Shown here piece by piece: positions 41,353-50,859 of a stretch of 64,000 nucleotides of DNA. Numbering within the stretch: the first letter of the stretch is position 1; each line of letters opens with the position of its first letter. The DNA comes from Candidatus Nomurabacteria bacterium. GTDB lineage: Bacteria > Patescibacteriota > Saccharimonadia > Saccharimonadales > CAIOMD01. The notes beneath the pieces are model-generated. The model saw only the letters and a list, made by a program, of their open reading frames with translations, was not told where the DNA came from and made no database searches. The stretch is taken from contig JACKGO010000008.1 of assembly GCA_020631975.1 (NCBI GenBank), forward strand, positions 72,446-136,445. The letters run 5' to 3'. The translations under genes and the position numbers were made by a program.

Positions 41353-44178
41353 TTATACGCGGTTTTTAGCAGCTATGAGCCGGTAGAACGTAACAGACGT
41401 TATGAAAACGGCAGTGGCAACCATCAAATACACCCACCAGCTTGTGGCTGTACGTTCGCTGAGTGGTTTGCTTTCAACGGCACTACTTACGCCTGCAACC
41501 TGTGTATTGGCGTTTTGTGAGCGTGTAGGTGTAGGGTTAGTTTGCTGTGGGGTATCTTGTGTAGTAGCTGTGTTTGCAGTGGGAGTGTTTTGCACCGGTG
41601 CACTATTTACAGGGTTAAATGGGATCGTGCTGGTTGCTACAGATAGTGATGTAGGGGGTTCATTGCTGATAAATTGTGATAGCGGCGCAGATTCAGATTG
41701 TATTAGCTCTTTTTCTGCTGGTTGTGTTGGAGTAGGTGGCAGATCAATAAAGCCGTCACATGCATCATCTATACCATCTTGGTCTACATCTGTGTTTGAC
41801 GGTTCGCCAATTAGGCATAGCTCTTGGTCGTTTGGCACGCCATCGCCATCTATATCTGCTTCGCTCGCTGCCACATACACAATCTTCTGAATATCAATAT
41901 CCTCACCATTGATAGTTTTGCCAACAAGATGCAATGTGTGAAAGCCAGCAGGAATATCGTCAGGAATATGTATGGTAGCAGATATATTACCATCATCATC
42001 ACTAATAGCTGACCCAACGTTTCTTGGCTCTGAATACATCACTAAACTAAAATTGGTATTGGGGGTTGTGCCATATTGCTGGGTACTAGCGATGATTGAT
42101 GTATCTTTGCCTTGCCATAAAACATCTTCTGCAAAACTGTCATCATATAAATATTGCGATTGATCTGAATAGTCAAAATCATCAATCGTGTCTTGCAAAA
42201 ATGCATCTAACTCTGGTGAAGCTGCACGGACATTTTGTAGTATTGGGTCCGGCATATTAATACTAAAAGATTGTGTCTTTTCTTGAATCACTTTTGCGTA
42301 CATCACGTGCCCAATAATATTTGGGTGGTAACTTTCTTGAGCCAGTGGTCCACCATTACCAATAATGTATGCAATCTCTTTAGGCAAACCAGATGTATTA
42401 CCAGCAGTTAAACCATTAGCTGCAGCTAAGTTACTATCAACTTCGCACAACCTTCTGCCACTAAAGGCGTCTTCTGTATCTATGTATACAACACCCGCTT
42501 CTAGGCTTGCTTTTTTAATGACAGAATTTAAGTAACTTATTAATTTGTTAGAAAATGCAATTTCTTTATTAGACAGCGCAACATTTTTAGCACAATTACC
42601 GTTTTCTTTAGCAATCTGAGGGTAGCCAATAACATATAATTTTGTTTGTGGGCTGCTAGATTTTACTTCTGTATATGTAGTTACAAGGTCTTGGTAGGTG
42701 TTTTGTATAATAGATACTAACTGTTTACGCTGCTGGGTAGACGAGTAACAATCTATGGTGCCAGAAACACACGTAGATACTATCTTAGAAAAACCTATAT
42801 CATTACCACCAATAGAAAGTGTAATTAAACCAGGTTTATAGTAAGTTAAAAAATCGTGTTGACGTCTATTGCCTACGATAAAGTTCGTATATATATAATT
42901 AGAAAAACTTTTATCTAAGAAGCCTTTCGCTTGTGGTTTGTCGTCTATATAGTCCTTATTTCCAATATCAAAAATATCCTTTACCTTAGCACCGCTACAT
43001 GCCACGGATTCTGTGTCCCCTGCGGCGCCTTTATTAGCAATAATATAAGGGTACGATAGCATTGCCAGGTGGCACATATTGGTTCCGTATATATCTGTAC
43101 CGTCTTTATAATTGTATACACCTTCGCCAGAAGCATACGAATCACCCATCGCTAAATAATCTAAAGCACGCTTCTGTACACTGCCTTCGCTAGTAGCATA
43201 TACTTTTTTCAGGGTAAAATGTTGATTATTTACCCAATCTTTATATGCATAAAAGCTAATCGTATTTTCGTTTTCAAATTGCAGGTACCGGAATTGGTTC
43301 TGCAGATATAAATTAGATATGCTGTTTGTAATATCAGATGTGATATTACGCGAGCTACAGCCGGCATCTTGACCTCGTTTGGCAGTACTGTTTGTGCAAG
43401 TATTTGTGTCTATTATTTCTAGTTTATTTTCTCTGCCTGTGTATACGGCTACGTACCGCCCACTTTCAGAAATTGCGAGCATTAGTTCTGGCGAATACCC
43501 ATTTTTGCTGTAGTAGCCAGTACGCAAGTACTGAATAGTATTTGTGACAAGATTATATTTATATATACCGTTACCATTTTGGCTGACTACCCAAGTGTTG
43601 TCTGCAGACGTATTTAAATAGTAGTCAGAAAACAAGTAGGTATTATTTGCATCATCTATAAGGTTATACTGGTCGGTGCTAGTAATGTACACAGTCGTAG
43701 GCGTCTTTTGGTAGTCTGTGATTGCTTTGCTAAAAGCATTTTTAATAATTCTAAGCCGAGCAGAAGATTGTTTACCTTGTATTTCTAGCATACTACTACT
43801 GCCATCTAGTGGTATAAGTTTGCTAGATTGGTTAAGCTTATTAATCACCGGATTTAGCACAGTACCACCTAAAGTTACCATTTTGGCATCGTGAGTTAGT
43901 TTGTACCCGCTAGTATGAACTGTACAAACTGTTTGTTGGGTGCCTGTTTTGTTGCTATAGCTATCGTTGCTACAAGGCCTTTCACTTAATAGATTTGCCG
44001 GTAAGTTACTTTGGTTGTAGGACGTGCCTGCAGATACCGTAACACCTTGTTCCGTATTCCAGTAAGGTGTGCTAGCAATTGCCATGGCGTAGCCAGTAAA
44101 TAGAATAGCAGCAGTTCCTACAACAACCAGCAATAAAACAAATAGTCGCGCTTTATTCTTTACTAAATACACATACAT
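41353..44178 (-). CDS. 941-aa surface protein: SGNH/GDSL hydrolase domain, thrombospondin type-3-like Ca-binding repeats, C-terminal TM anchor
   Basis: GDSL block LAMGDSYASGEG, later block SYHPN. DIDGDGVPNDQE and DVDQDGIDDACD repeats. T/P/Q-rich stalk and terminal TM WWVYLMVATAVFITSVTFY. Confidence 0.7.
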   Translation of the reverse strand: MYVYLVKNKARLFVLLLVVVGTAAILFTGYAMAIASTPYWNTEQGVTVSAGTSYNQSNLPANLLSERPCSNDSYSNKTGTQQTVCTVHTSGYKLTHDAKMVTLGGTVLNPVINKLNQSSKLIPLDGSSSMLEIQGKQSSARLRIIKNAFSKAITDYQKTPTTVYITSTDQYNLIDDANNTYLFSDYYLNTSADNTWVVSQNGNGIYKYNLVTNTIQYLRTGYYSKNGYSPELMLAISESGRYVAVYTGRENKLEIIDTNTCTNSTAKRGQDAGCSSRNITSDITNSISNLYLQNQFRYLQFENENTISFYAYKDWVNNQHFTLKKVYATSEGSVQKRALDYLAMGDSYASGEGVYNYKDGTDIYGTNMCHLAMLSYPYIIANKGAAGDTESVACSGAKVKDIFDIGNKDYIDDKPQAKGFLDKSFSNYIYTNFIVGNRRQHDFLTYYKPGLITLSIGGNDIGFSKIVSTCVSGTIDCYSSTQQRKQLVSIIQNTYQDLVTTYTEVKSSSPQTKLYVIGYPQIAKENGNCAKNVALSNKEIAFSNKLISYLNSVIKKASLEAGVVYIDTEDAFSGRRLCEVDSNLAAANGLTAGNTSGLPKEIAYIIGNGGPLAQESYHPNIIGHVMYAKVIQEKTQSFSINMPDPILQNVRAASPELDAFLQDTIDDFDYSDQSQYLYDDSFAEDVLWQGKDTSIIASTQQYGTTPNTNFSLVMYSEPRNVGSAISDDDGNISATIHIPDDIPAGFHTLHLVGKTINGEDIDIQKIVYVAASEADIDGDGVPNDQELCLIGEPSNTDVDQDGIDDACDGFIDLPPTPTQPAEKELIQSESAPLSQFISNEPPTSLSVATSTIPFNPVNSAPVQNTPTANTATTQDTPQQTNPTPTRSQNANTQVAGVSSAVESKPLSERTATSWWVYLMVATAVFITSVTFYRLIAAKNRV

Positions 44179-44193
44179 TGTCTATAGAATAAA

Positions 44194-44862
44194 CTATACC
44201 TCAGGGTAAATTCTATAGTATTTTACGTGTTTACCACAGCTGATGCCTACACTAGTATTATGTGATCCGTCTACATTTGACGATTCATTATAGCTGGTCC
44301 AGCTGGTACAACTAAAATTGCTGTATGTATAATTATTTTTTGACCAATCCATCTCTACTGAACCTGAAATTTCTGTAAAGTTAGGTTGTTGCTCGTATTC
44401 TATTACATAGAGTTGTCTTGTTTTATCTGTGACTTTTTTGGCTAAAGCTAAGGCCTCATCGCTACTGTTTGTTAAATAAGTTAGGTATATACGTACACTG
44501 CACGCTGCGTCAACTTGACCATATGCATATTTCTCACTCTTATAGCTACAACTCTTTAGGGTATCTGTGGATGCTGGTGGTCCAAGCTTGTCTATAATTG
44601 CGCTGCTTAAGTTTTGTACTTCTTTTTCTGCCTGCGAAAACTGCCACTTTATTAGCGTTGTATAGCCAAACCAGCCTAACGCAACAATCGTAACAACGGC
44701 TAATAGGCTAATCAGGATATGATGCTTCACCCAACCAAGTAGACCATTCAATGTATCTAATATAATACCTTCAGACTGGGCAGGGCGAGACTTAACTTCT
44801 TTGGTAGATGATTTCTTTGCGCGTGGCTTTTTTGTAGTAGGTTTAGTTTTTTTAGTAGGCAT
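44194..44862 (-). CDS. membrane-anchored hypothetical protein, paralog 1 (222 aa)
   Basis: K-rich N-terminus and a TM helix. First 134 aa identical to paralog 2, C-terminal ~80 aa unrelated, last 10 aa (VKYYRIYPEV) shared. Confidence 0.65.
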   Translation of the reverse strand: MPTKKTKPTTKKPRAKKSSTKEVKSRPAQSEGIILDTLNGLLGWVKHHILISLLAVVTIVALGWFGYTTLIKWQFSQAEKEVQNLSSAIIDKLGPPASTDTLKSCSYKSEKYAYGQVDAACSVRIYLTYLTNSSDEALALAKKVTDKTRQLYVIEYEQQPNFTEISGSVEMDWSKNNYTYSNFSCTSWTSYNESSNVDGSHNTSVGISCGKHVKYYRIYPEV

Positions 44863-44879
44863 TAGCGGTATTATAGCAA
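44482..44879. repeat. 398-bp direct repeat (5' part plus 17 nt of leader of the paralog genes), partner at 45264-45661
   Basis: Aligned by eye at offset 782. One mismatch seen (44853 a versus 45635 g, synonymous). Confidence 0.9.
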
Positions 44880-44972
44880 TGCGCGCTAATTAATGCCCGT
44901 TAGAACAATGACTTGAACCAATAGGTACGGTTTATTATCTATTGTACTAAGGCAGTTTATATACTGTATAGA

Positions 44973-45644
44973 TTATACCTCAGGGTAAATTCTATAGTAT
45001 TTCACAGGTTTACCGCAGCTAATACTCACAGACACATTTTTAGATGATTCGCCAGTTTCAATGTAGCCATTAAACTTAACATTACTACTACAACGAAACC
45101 CTTTTTCTGAAAATACACTGCTCTCCTGATAAACTTCACCACTGTTTTCATTTTCAACAAATTTATTATTTGCATGGTAACTAATGGCATGCACTTTAGA
45201 AGCTGTAGCAGATACCATATTGGCAATATTGATTGCTTCACTTACATCTTTAACATCATATATCAATAAAACTCGTACACTGCACGCTGCGTCAACTTGA
45301 CCATATGCATATTTCTCACTCTTATAGCTACAACTCTTTAGGGTATCTGTGGATGCTGGTGGTCCAAGCTTGTCTATAATTGCGCTGCTTAAGTTTTGTA
45401 CTTCTTTTTCTGCCTGCGAAAACTGCCACTTTATTAGCGTTGTATAGCCAAACCAGCCTAACGCAACAATCGTAACAACGGCTAATAGGCTAATCAGGAT
45501 ATGATGCTTCACCCAACCAAGTAGACCATTCAATGTATCTAATATAATACCTTCAGACTGGGCAGGGCGAGACTTAACTTCTTTGGTAGATGATTTCTTT
45601 GCGCGTGGCTTTTTTGTAGTAGGTTTAGTTTTTTTGGTAGGCAT
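44973..45644 (-). CDS. membrane-anchored hypothetical protein, paralog 2 (223 aa)
   Basis: See paralog 1. Confidence 0.65.
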   Translation of the reverse strand: MPTKKTKPTTKKPRAKKSSTKEVKSRPAQSEGIILDTLNGLLGWVKHHILISLLAVVTIVALGWFGYTTLIKWQFSQAEKEVQNLSSAIIDKLGPPASTDTLKSCSYKSEKYAYGQVDAACSVRVLLIYDVKDVSEAINIANMVSATASKVHAISYHANNKFVENENSGEVYQESSVFSEKGFRCSSNVKFNGYIETGESSKNVSVSISCGKPVKYYRIYPEV

Positions 45645-45661
45645 TAGCGGTATTATAGCAA
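45264..45661. repeat. 398-bp direct repeat, partner of 44482-44879
   Basis: See partner entry. Confidence 0.9.
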
Positions 45662-45700
45662 ATATACTGTAGTAACAACTAGGATGTCAGGCTTGTTTTA

Positions 45701-45877
45701 CTACTCTTCGTCTACGCCGGCCAGGCACTCTTGGCAGATGCCTAGTTGCCTTGTCCACTGTACGAACGTTTTGTGTCTGCGATCTTCTGCGCCTGCAATA
45801 TCTTCTTGGTAATAGTTAAACGACAATCTTGGGTGGACACATTCTGCAATACTAATGGGGCAATTTACTACATTCAT
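45701..45877 (-). CDS. small Cys-rich protein (58 aa; below the ORF-track cutoff)
   Basis: Own translation: MNVVNCPISIAECVHPRLSFNYYQEDIAGAEDRRHKTFVQWTRQLGICQECLAGVDEE. Start lies 3 nt after the stop of 45880..46608. Confidence 0.45.
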   Translation of the reverse strand: MNVVNCPISIAECVHPRLSFNYYQEDIAGAEDRRHKTFVQWTRQLGICQECLAGVDEE

Positions 45878-45879
45878 AA

Positions 45880-46608
45880 CTAATCTACAGCTATTGTGCT
45901 TACCATTTCTTCTATAAGTTCTGTACTACTACTCTGTGTGTTGTCTTGGGTGTATTGCACAGTTACTGTAGTTTGCTTGCCCTTAACAACATACAAATAG
46001 GTTGTTTGGCTACCATCGTTGTATACGTACTTTTTTGCCACCTCGCCATTTTTTAGTGGTATGTCGTTGGCTGGCATGTAGCTGGCAAGTAATACTGGGT
46101 CTGCACCGTAGGTGATAACTACGTTTGCATTGCCACTATAGCGCCCAGTTTTGTTCACCAGCTGGGCAGGGTTGGATTGCTTGTATTCTTGGCAGCCGCC
46201 CATACAAGATACAAGTGTTTCTTTGCCACCTTTTTGTACAGCGTAAGATTCGTAGTTCCAGCCATCTACCAGCTTAACAGTGTAGGATTCGTCGTCTGGT
46301 ATGTACAACAACCAGGCATCAGAACTCAGCTCTTCTTGTGGTGGTTCTGGCTGTATTACTTTTTGGTTGGGGTTAGTAAAACTTTTACTATCGGCCACGC
46401 ATTGTTCTGGGTAACTTTGTAGTATTTTGGCATCTTTATCTAGGACACATTCAGCAAAATTAGTAGGAGTCTTTTGTTCTTGAATAATCGCCCAAATTAC
46501 TAACGCAACAATTGTAAACAACAGTACGCTCAATAGCCCAACAAGAAAAGTTAATAGCTTTCTGGTTTTTTTTATACTTTTTTTTGCCTCTTTAAGCTCT
46601 TTATCCAT
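45880..46608 (-). CDS. membrane-anchored hypothetical protein (242 aa)
   Basis: N-terminal TM LLTFLVGLLSVLLFTIVALVIWAII followed by a soluble domain. No motif recognised. Confidence 0.6.
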   Translation of the reverse strand: MDKELKEAKKSIKKTRKLLTFLVGLLSVLLFTIVALVIWAIIQEQKTPTNFAECVLDKDAKILQSYPEQCVADSKSFTNPNQKVIQPEPPQEELSSDAWLLYIPDDESYTVKLVDGWNYESYAVQKGGKETLVSCMGGCQEYKQSNPAQLVNKTGRYSGNANVVITYGADPVLLASYMPANDIPLKNGEVAKKYVYNDGSQTTYLYVVKGKQTTVTVQYTQDNTQSSSTELIEEMVSTIAVD

Positions 46609-46696
46609 CTTTTTAGTATAACAGAGTAATAAACACGTTATGCTTAAGCTTTTGTTTGCAATATAGTGTTGTACAATATATGTAACAGGAGAATGA

Positions 46697-46897
46697 ATGA
46701 ATACGACACCAGAAACTAAACCAGCTAATCCAGGATCTTATAATGAATTCTGCGATACTAAAGATTTTCGTGACAGAAACGAGGCAATGGGCGCATATAC
46801 ACTAGAGTTAGCTGCCTATAGACAGGCTCTAGCAGATTATTACGGTGTTAGCCTAGATGATTTACACGCTGGAAAGTTTAATGCTAAAGCTGGTTAA
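46697..46897 (+). CDS. small hypothetical protein (66 aa)
   Basis: AGGAG-like RBS (caggagaatgaATG). No motif. Confidence 0.45.
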   Translation: MNTTPETKPANPGSYNEFCDTKDFRDRNEAMGAYTLELAAYRQALADYYGVSLDDLHAGKFNAKAG

Positions 46898-47406
46898 CGA
46901 TTGTAATCATCGGCTACGCGTACAATATCAGATTCATCTGATGGATTGGCAATATCTGTGTGCTGCCATATTTCTGCAACTACACCCCAATTATTAAGAC
47001 CAATTAAGCGATGTCTTTTTAGCGCAGAGAACTGAATTAACTCGCCCTCATTAAGCTCAACGGTTTCTGCTGGTTCAGTATCGTCGTCGCTTAATTTAAT
47101 CCCAACAATACCCTCTAAAACTCGCCAATGTTCGGCTCTACGGTAATGATATTGCCAGCTTAAACGTTCGCCTGGTTGAACAATTAAATATTTGGGGCTT
47201 AAACTTTCAAATGTTTCAAATTGATCTTTAATATCCGCAAAATACATATCTATAAAAGCTTCCGCATTACTATTGGCTAATCTAAAATAAGCACCCCATG
47301 GTTTGGTAAAATTAGTATCTACAATTCTAAAACCAATTTCATCAATCATTGATTTTAATTTCTTTATTTGTACTTTTTTATCTGCAACCATCAAGTATGA
47401 CTCCAT
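46894..47406 (-). CDS. cupin-domain protein, mannose-6-phosphate isomerase (type II) like
   Basis: KPWGAYFRL...LSWQYHYRRAEHWRVLEG...RHRLIG cupin motifs. Confidence 0.7.
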   Translation of the reverse strand: MESYLMVADKKVQIKKLKSMIDEIGFRIVDTNFTKPWGAYFRLANSNAEAFIDMYFADIKDQFETFESLSPKYLIVQPGERLSWQYHYRRAEHWRVLEGIVGIKLSDDDTEPAETVELNEGELIQFSALKRHRLIGLNNWGVVAEIWQHTDIANPSDESDIVRVADDYNR

Positions 47407-48527
47407 AAATTGTTTATTCTATTCAAAAAATCCTTAGAACTATTTTCCCAACTAAACTTTTCTAGTAAGCGAGGGTACTTAGAGACAATGTTTTTGCGAA
47501 GTTCATCATCATCTATTAACTGTACTATTTTCTTTGCAATATCCTGGGGATTATCCTTATTAAAATATACAGCCGCGTCTTGAGCGATTTCTTTAAATAC
47601 AGCTATGTTGCTAAGAGCTAGCGGTGTTCTGTGTTGCATAGCTTCAATAATTTGCATTCCAAAACCTTCGTAGTGCGAGGGATAAACATAAACATGAGCA
47701 TTTTCAAATAAAGCACTTTTTTCAGAAGCCGAAACATATCCGGTTTCTACTATATCTACTCCTTTACTGGCGAATTCATTAATTTTTTGCCTTAAGCGTT
47801 CATCTTTCCAGCCTTTATTGCCACTAATTACAAGAGAGTAATCATTTGATATGTATTGCATAGCTTCTACTAAAGTTTCCAAATTTTTTCTCACTTCTGC
47901 CGTCCCCAAGAATAGAATGACTTTTTTGCCGACCACACCTTTGGGTAGTTTTTTTTCTGAAAACCTATGATTGACTACGGGCGGAGTAAGTACACAGGTA
48001 TTTTCTGAACAATAAACATCTTTGACCCGAGTCTCCGTGAACTTAGAAACACAAACAACGAGGTCGCTTCTTTTGATTACCTTTGGCATAATTTTGTTAA
48101 GATATTCCGAATTTTTCTCTGTCAAATACTCTGGATGGTCAATAAAGCATAAATCATGAGTAACTACTATTTGTCTAGTCTTCTTTAAAGAAGGATAAGA
48201 TACATAGTTAGGATAAAGGTGTAAATCATATTTATTATTAAGAAAAAGTTCTATTGGGAACTGTATTCCAAATAATCTGGCAATTGGTCTTATGGCAATT
48301 CCAGGAAAGTGTTTTATTTCAATAAATTTTATGTATGGATACTGTGACTTGATATTTATTTTTTTTCTGCCAGCAAAATTAAAATAAAATCCGTATATAT
48401 CATAGCCTTCTTCAGAAAGATGCTTAGCTAGGTACTCTGTGTAAAGGTTAATACCAGATTTTTTTACTTCAAGCAAAGGCCCAGTATCTAATAGAATAGA
48501 CGGTTTTGGGTTTTTAGTGTTCTTCAT
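47391..48527 (-). CDS. glycosyltransferase family 4
   Basis: YPSHYEGFGMQIIEAM motif. Confidence 0.85.
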   Translation of the reverse strand: MKNTKNPKPSILLDTGPLLEVKKSGINLYTEYLAKHLSEEGYDIYGFYFNFAGRKKINIKSQYPYIKFIEIKHFPGIAIRPIARLFGIQFPIELFLNNKYDLHLYPNYVSYPSLKKTRQIVVTHDLCFIDHPEYLTEKNSEYLNKIMPKVIKRSDLVVCVSKFTETRVKDVYCSENTCVLTPPVVNHRFSEKKLPKGVVGKKVILFLGTAEVRKNLETLVEAMQYISNDYSLVISGNKGWKDERLRQKINEFASKGVDIVETGYVSASEKSALFENAHVYVYPSHYEGFGMQIIEAMQHRTPLALSNIAVFKEIAQDAAVYFNKDNPQDIAKKIVQLIDDDELRKNIVSKYPRLLEKFSWENSSKDFLNRINNLWSHT

Positions 48528-48555
48528 AGCGTATATTATAAGGTATAATTAGCTA

Positions 48556-49371
48556 TTGATGCAGACTATAAGTAAAATCAAAAGTAGATATAGCTATTCT
48601 TGGATCTTGCTACAAGAATTAGTCAGAACAGAATTCAAACTAAAATATCAAGGCAGTGTGCTTGGGTATGCGTGGACGTTACTTAGGCCCTTGGCCTTAT
48701 TCGTTGTACTCTATCTTGTTTTTGTGAAGTTTTTGAGGGTAGGGGGCGATATACCATATTTTCCTATATACCTTTTACTTGGTATTGTTTTATGGAACTT
48801 TTTTTCTGATCTCACAAATGGGGCAATTGGTTCAATTGTATCCAGGGGTGATTTAATACGTAAAATCAACTTTCCAAAATATATAATCGTTGCCTCTACT
48901 TCAATATCTGCCCTTATTAATCTAGGCATAAATCTAATAATAATATTTACATTTATGGTAATATTCGGCTCTAACCCAAGCGTAAGTGCGGTTGTTATTT
49001 TACCTTTATCTATAGGTGTAATCTTCTTAACCGGTATGGGTATAGGGTTTATACTTTCTGCACTGTTTGTGCGCCTAAGGGACCTAAATTATATTTGGGA
49101 AGTAATAATGCAAGCAGGATTCTACGGTACGCCGATTCTGTATCCACTTCAGATATTGCCCGAATATGTTCAGAAAATATTAATGTTAAACCCGGTAGCC
49201 ATCGGTATACAAGAGGCACGGAATACGTTAATAACTCGGGACACTATAACCGCATATGATCTTTATGGTAGCTTCATTGGCTATTTACCATTGCTAATAA
49301 CATTAACGCTTGTGGTTTTTGGTGCGTTATTTTTCAGGAGTCGTTCTAAGGGCTTTGCGGAGGAGATATAA
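48556..49371 (+). CDS. ABC-2 type polysaccharide/teichoic-acid export permease (Wzm/TagG-like)
   Basis: Six-TM ABC-2 pattern with N-terminal ELVRTEFKLKYQGSVLGYAWTLLRPL. ATG at 48559 is an alternative start. Confidence 0.85.
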   Translation: MMQTISKIKSRYSYSWILLQELVRTEFKLKYQGSVLGYAWTLLRPLALFVVLYLVFVKFLRVGGDIPYFPIYLLLGIVLWNFFSDLTNGAIGSIVSRGDLIRKINFPKYIIVASTSISALINLGINLIIIFTFMVIFGSNPSVSAVVILPLSIGVIFLTGMGIGFILSALFVRLRDLNYIWEVIMQAGFYGTPILYPLQILPEYVQKILMLNPVAIGIQEARNTLITRDTITAYDLYGSFIGYLPLLITLTLVVFGALFFRSRSKGFAEEI

Positions 49372-50598
49372 GTGAAACCAAAAGATTATGTAGTTAAAGT
49401 CAAGAACGTGTCAAAGCATTTTATTCTTCCGCATGAGAAAAAAACGTCCGTTAAATCCTTGTTTACGTCACTCTTTAGACATAATGGTTATAGTACAAAG
49501 CAGAAAGCGCTTAAGCAAATAGATTTTACTGTAAAAAGGGGTGAGTTCTTTGGAATCGTAGGGCGCAATGGTAGCGGTAAGAGTACTTTACTAAAAATCA
49601 TTGCTGGGATTTATCAACCAACGACTGGTACCGTAAAAGTTAATGGTAGATTAGTAACATTTATTGAACTTGGCGTGGGGTTCAACCCAGAGTTGACTGG
49701 TCGAGAAAATGTATATCTAAATGGTTCTTTACTAGGCTTTACTAGAAAAGAAATTGACGAGATATACGATGACATTGTTGAATTTGCAGAGCTAGAGGAT
49801 TTCATGGACCAAAATTTAAAAAATTATTCATCCGGCATGCAGGTACGTTTAGCGTTTTCGGTCGCCATCAAAGCAAAGGGAGACATACTAATTCTTGATG
49901 AAGTGTTAGCCGTTGGTGATGAAGCCTTTCAGCGAAAATGTGAGGAGTACTTTAAAGAGATAAAAAAGGATACGACAAAAACAGTAATATTAGTAACTCA
50001 CAATATGGGCGCCGTCAGAAAGTTTTGCGATAGGGCTATGATGATACGAAATGGCAAAATTGCTATTTTAGGCACTCCGGAGGACGTGGCCAATGAATAC
50101 ACCCAAGAAAATTTTAAGTCAACCAGAGATATTGCAAGTGATAAAGATGCTAGTGATGGCCTGAGTGATCGAGTACCATACTTTAAGGTATTGCCAGTTT
50201 CCAAAAGAATATTAAGCAATGAAGACACACTGGTATTTGATATAGAGTATGAAGTGACTGACGACACTCCTGTTCGTGTGTTCTTTTCTATTATTGAAGA
50301 AATGCGTGCGTTTACCATATTGGCGAATGGCACAATGCCAATTAAGGGTAGGGGAAAGCATCGGTTAACTTACAAGTTGCCGTTAAAGTATTTCAATGAC
50401 TCAGACTTATATGTAAACGCAGTAATTGATGAGGTAGACTCAAAAAAACGCATTGCTTTCACTAATTCATCTAACTCATGCAGATTTGCAGTCAGAAACA
50501 AGGTTAGTGACAATGGTTTGCTCAGAAAAGATAACGATATACACGGTAATTGGATTGACTGTAAGGAATATTGTTATAACTTAAAAGAAATAAATTAA
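49372..50598 (+). CDS. ABC polysaccharide export ATPase (Wzt/TagH-like) with ~160-aa C-terminal extra domain
   Basis: Walker A GRNGSGKST, signature YSSGMQVRLAF, Walker B ILILDE. The C-terminal extension has no ATPase motifs. Confidence 0.85.
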   Translation: MKPKDYVVKVKNVSKHFILPHEKKTSVKSLFTSLFRHNGYSTKQKALKQIDFTVKRGEFFGIVGRNGSGKSTLLKIIAGIYQPTTGTVKVNGRLVTFIELGVGFNPELTGRENVYLNGSLLGFTRKEIDEIYDDIVEFAELEDFMDQNLKNYSSGMQVRLAFSVAIKAKGDILILDEVLAVGDEAFQRKCEEYFKEIKKDTTKTVILVTHNMGAVRKFCDRAMMIRNGKIAILGTPEDVANEYTQENFKSTRDIASDKDASDGLSDRVPYFKVLPVSKRILSNEDTLVFDIEYEVTDDTPVRVFFSIIEEMRAFTILANGTMPIKGRGKHRLTYKLPLKYFNDSDLYVNAVIDEVDSKKRIAFTNSSNSCRFAVRNKVSDNGLLRKDNDIHGNWIDCKEYCYNLKEIN

Positions 50599-50859
50599 TT
50601 AATGTATTCGAACATTAACAATCAATGGCAAGAGGGTGATAGCCATTGTGTTTATGTCGTTTTATTAATGATGAGCATAGTGATATGCCGCTAAATATGT
50701 AGTTATTTGATCGGTAAAAAGAATACAGTATTCTAATTACAGAATGTACCAATGTATCTTATAATAAGATAGTAAAATAATAAATTGTTGTACTAAACTC
50801 TAACTCTTATAAGAATAGAAGATCAACTTGTTATATCGTAGTTATAATGAAAGGAAGTC

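Noticed and set aside
41402-42163. Plus-strand ORFs (162 aa and others) antisense to the 941-aa SGNH protein
   Set aside because: They lie inside a long, motif-supported minus-strand frame, and their translations are low-complexity (V/G/C/S-rich).
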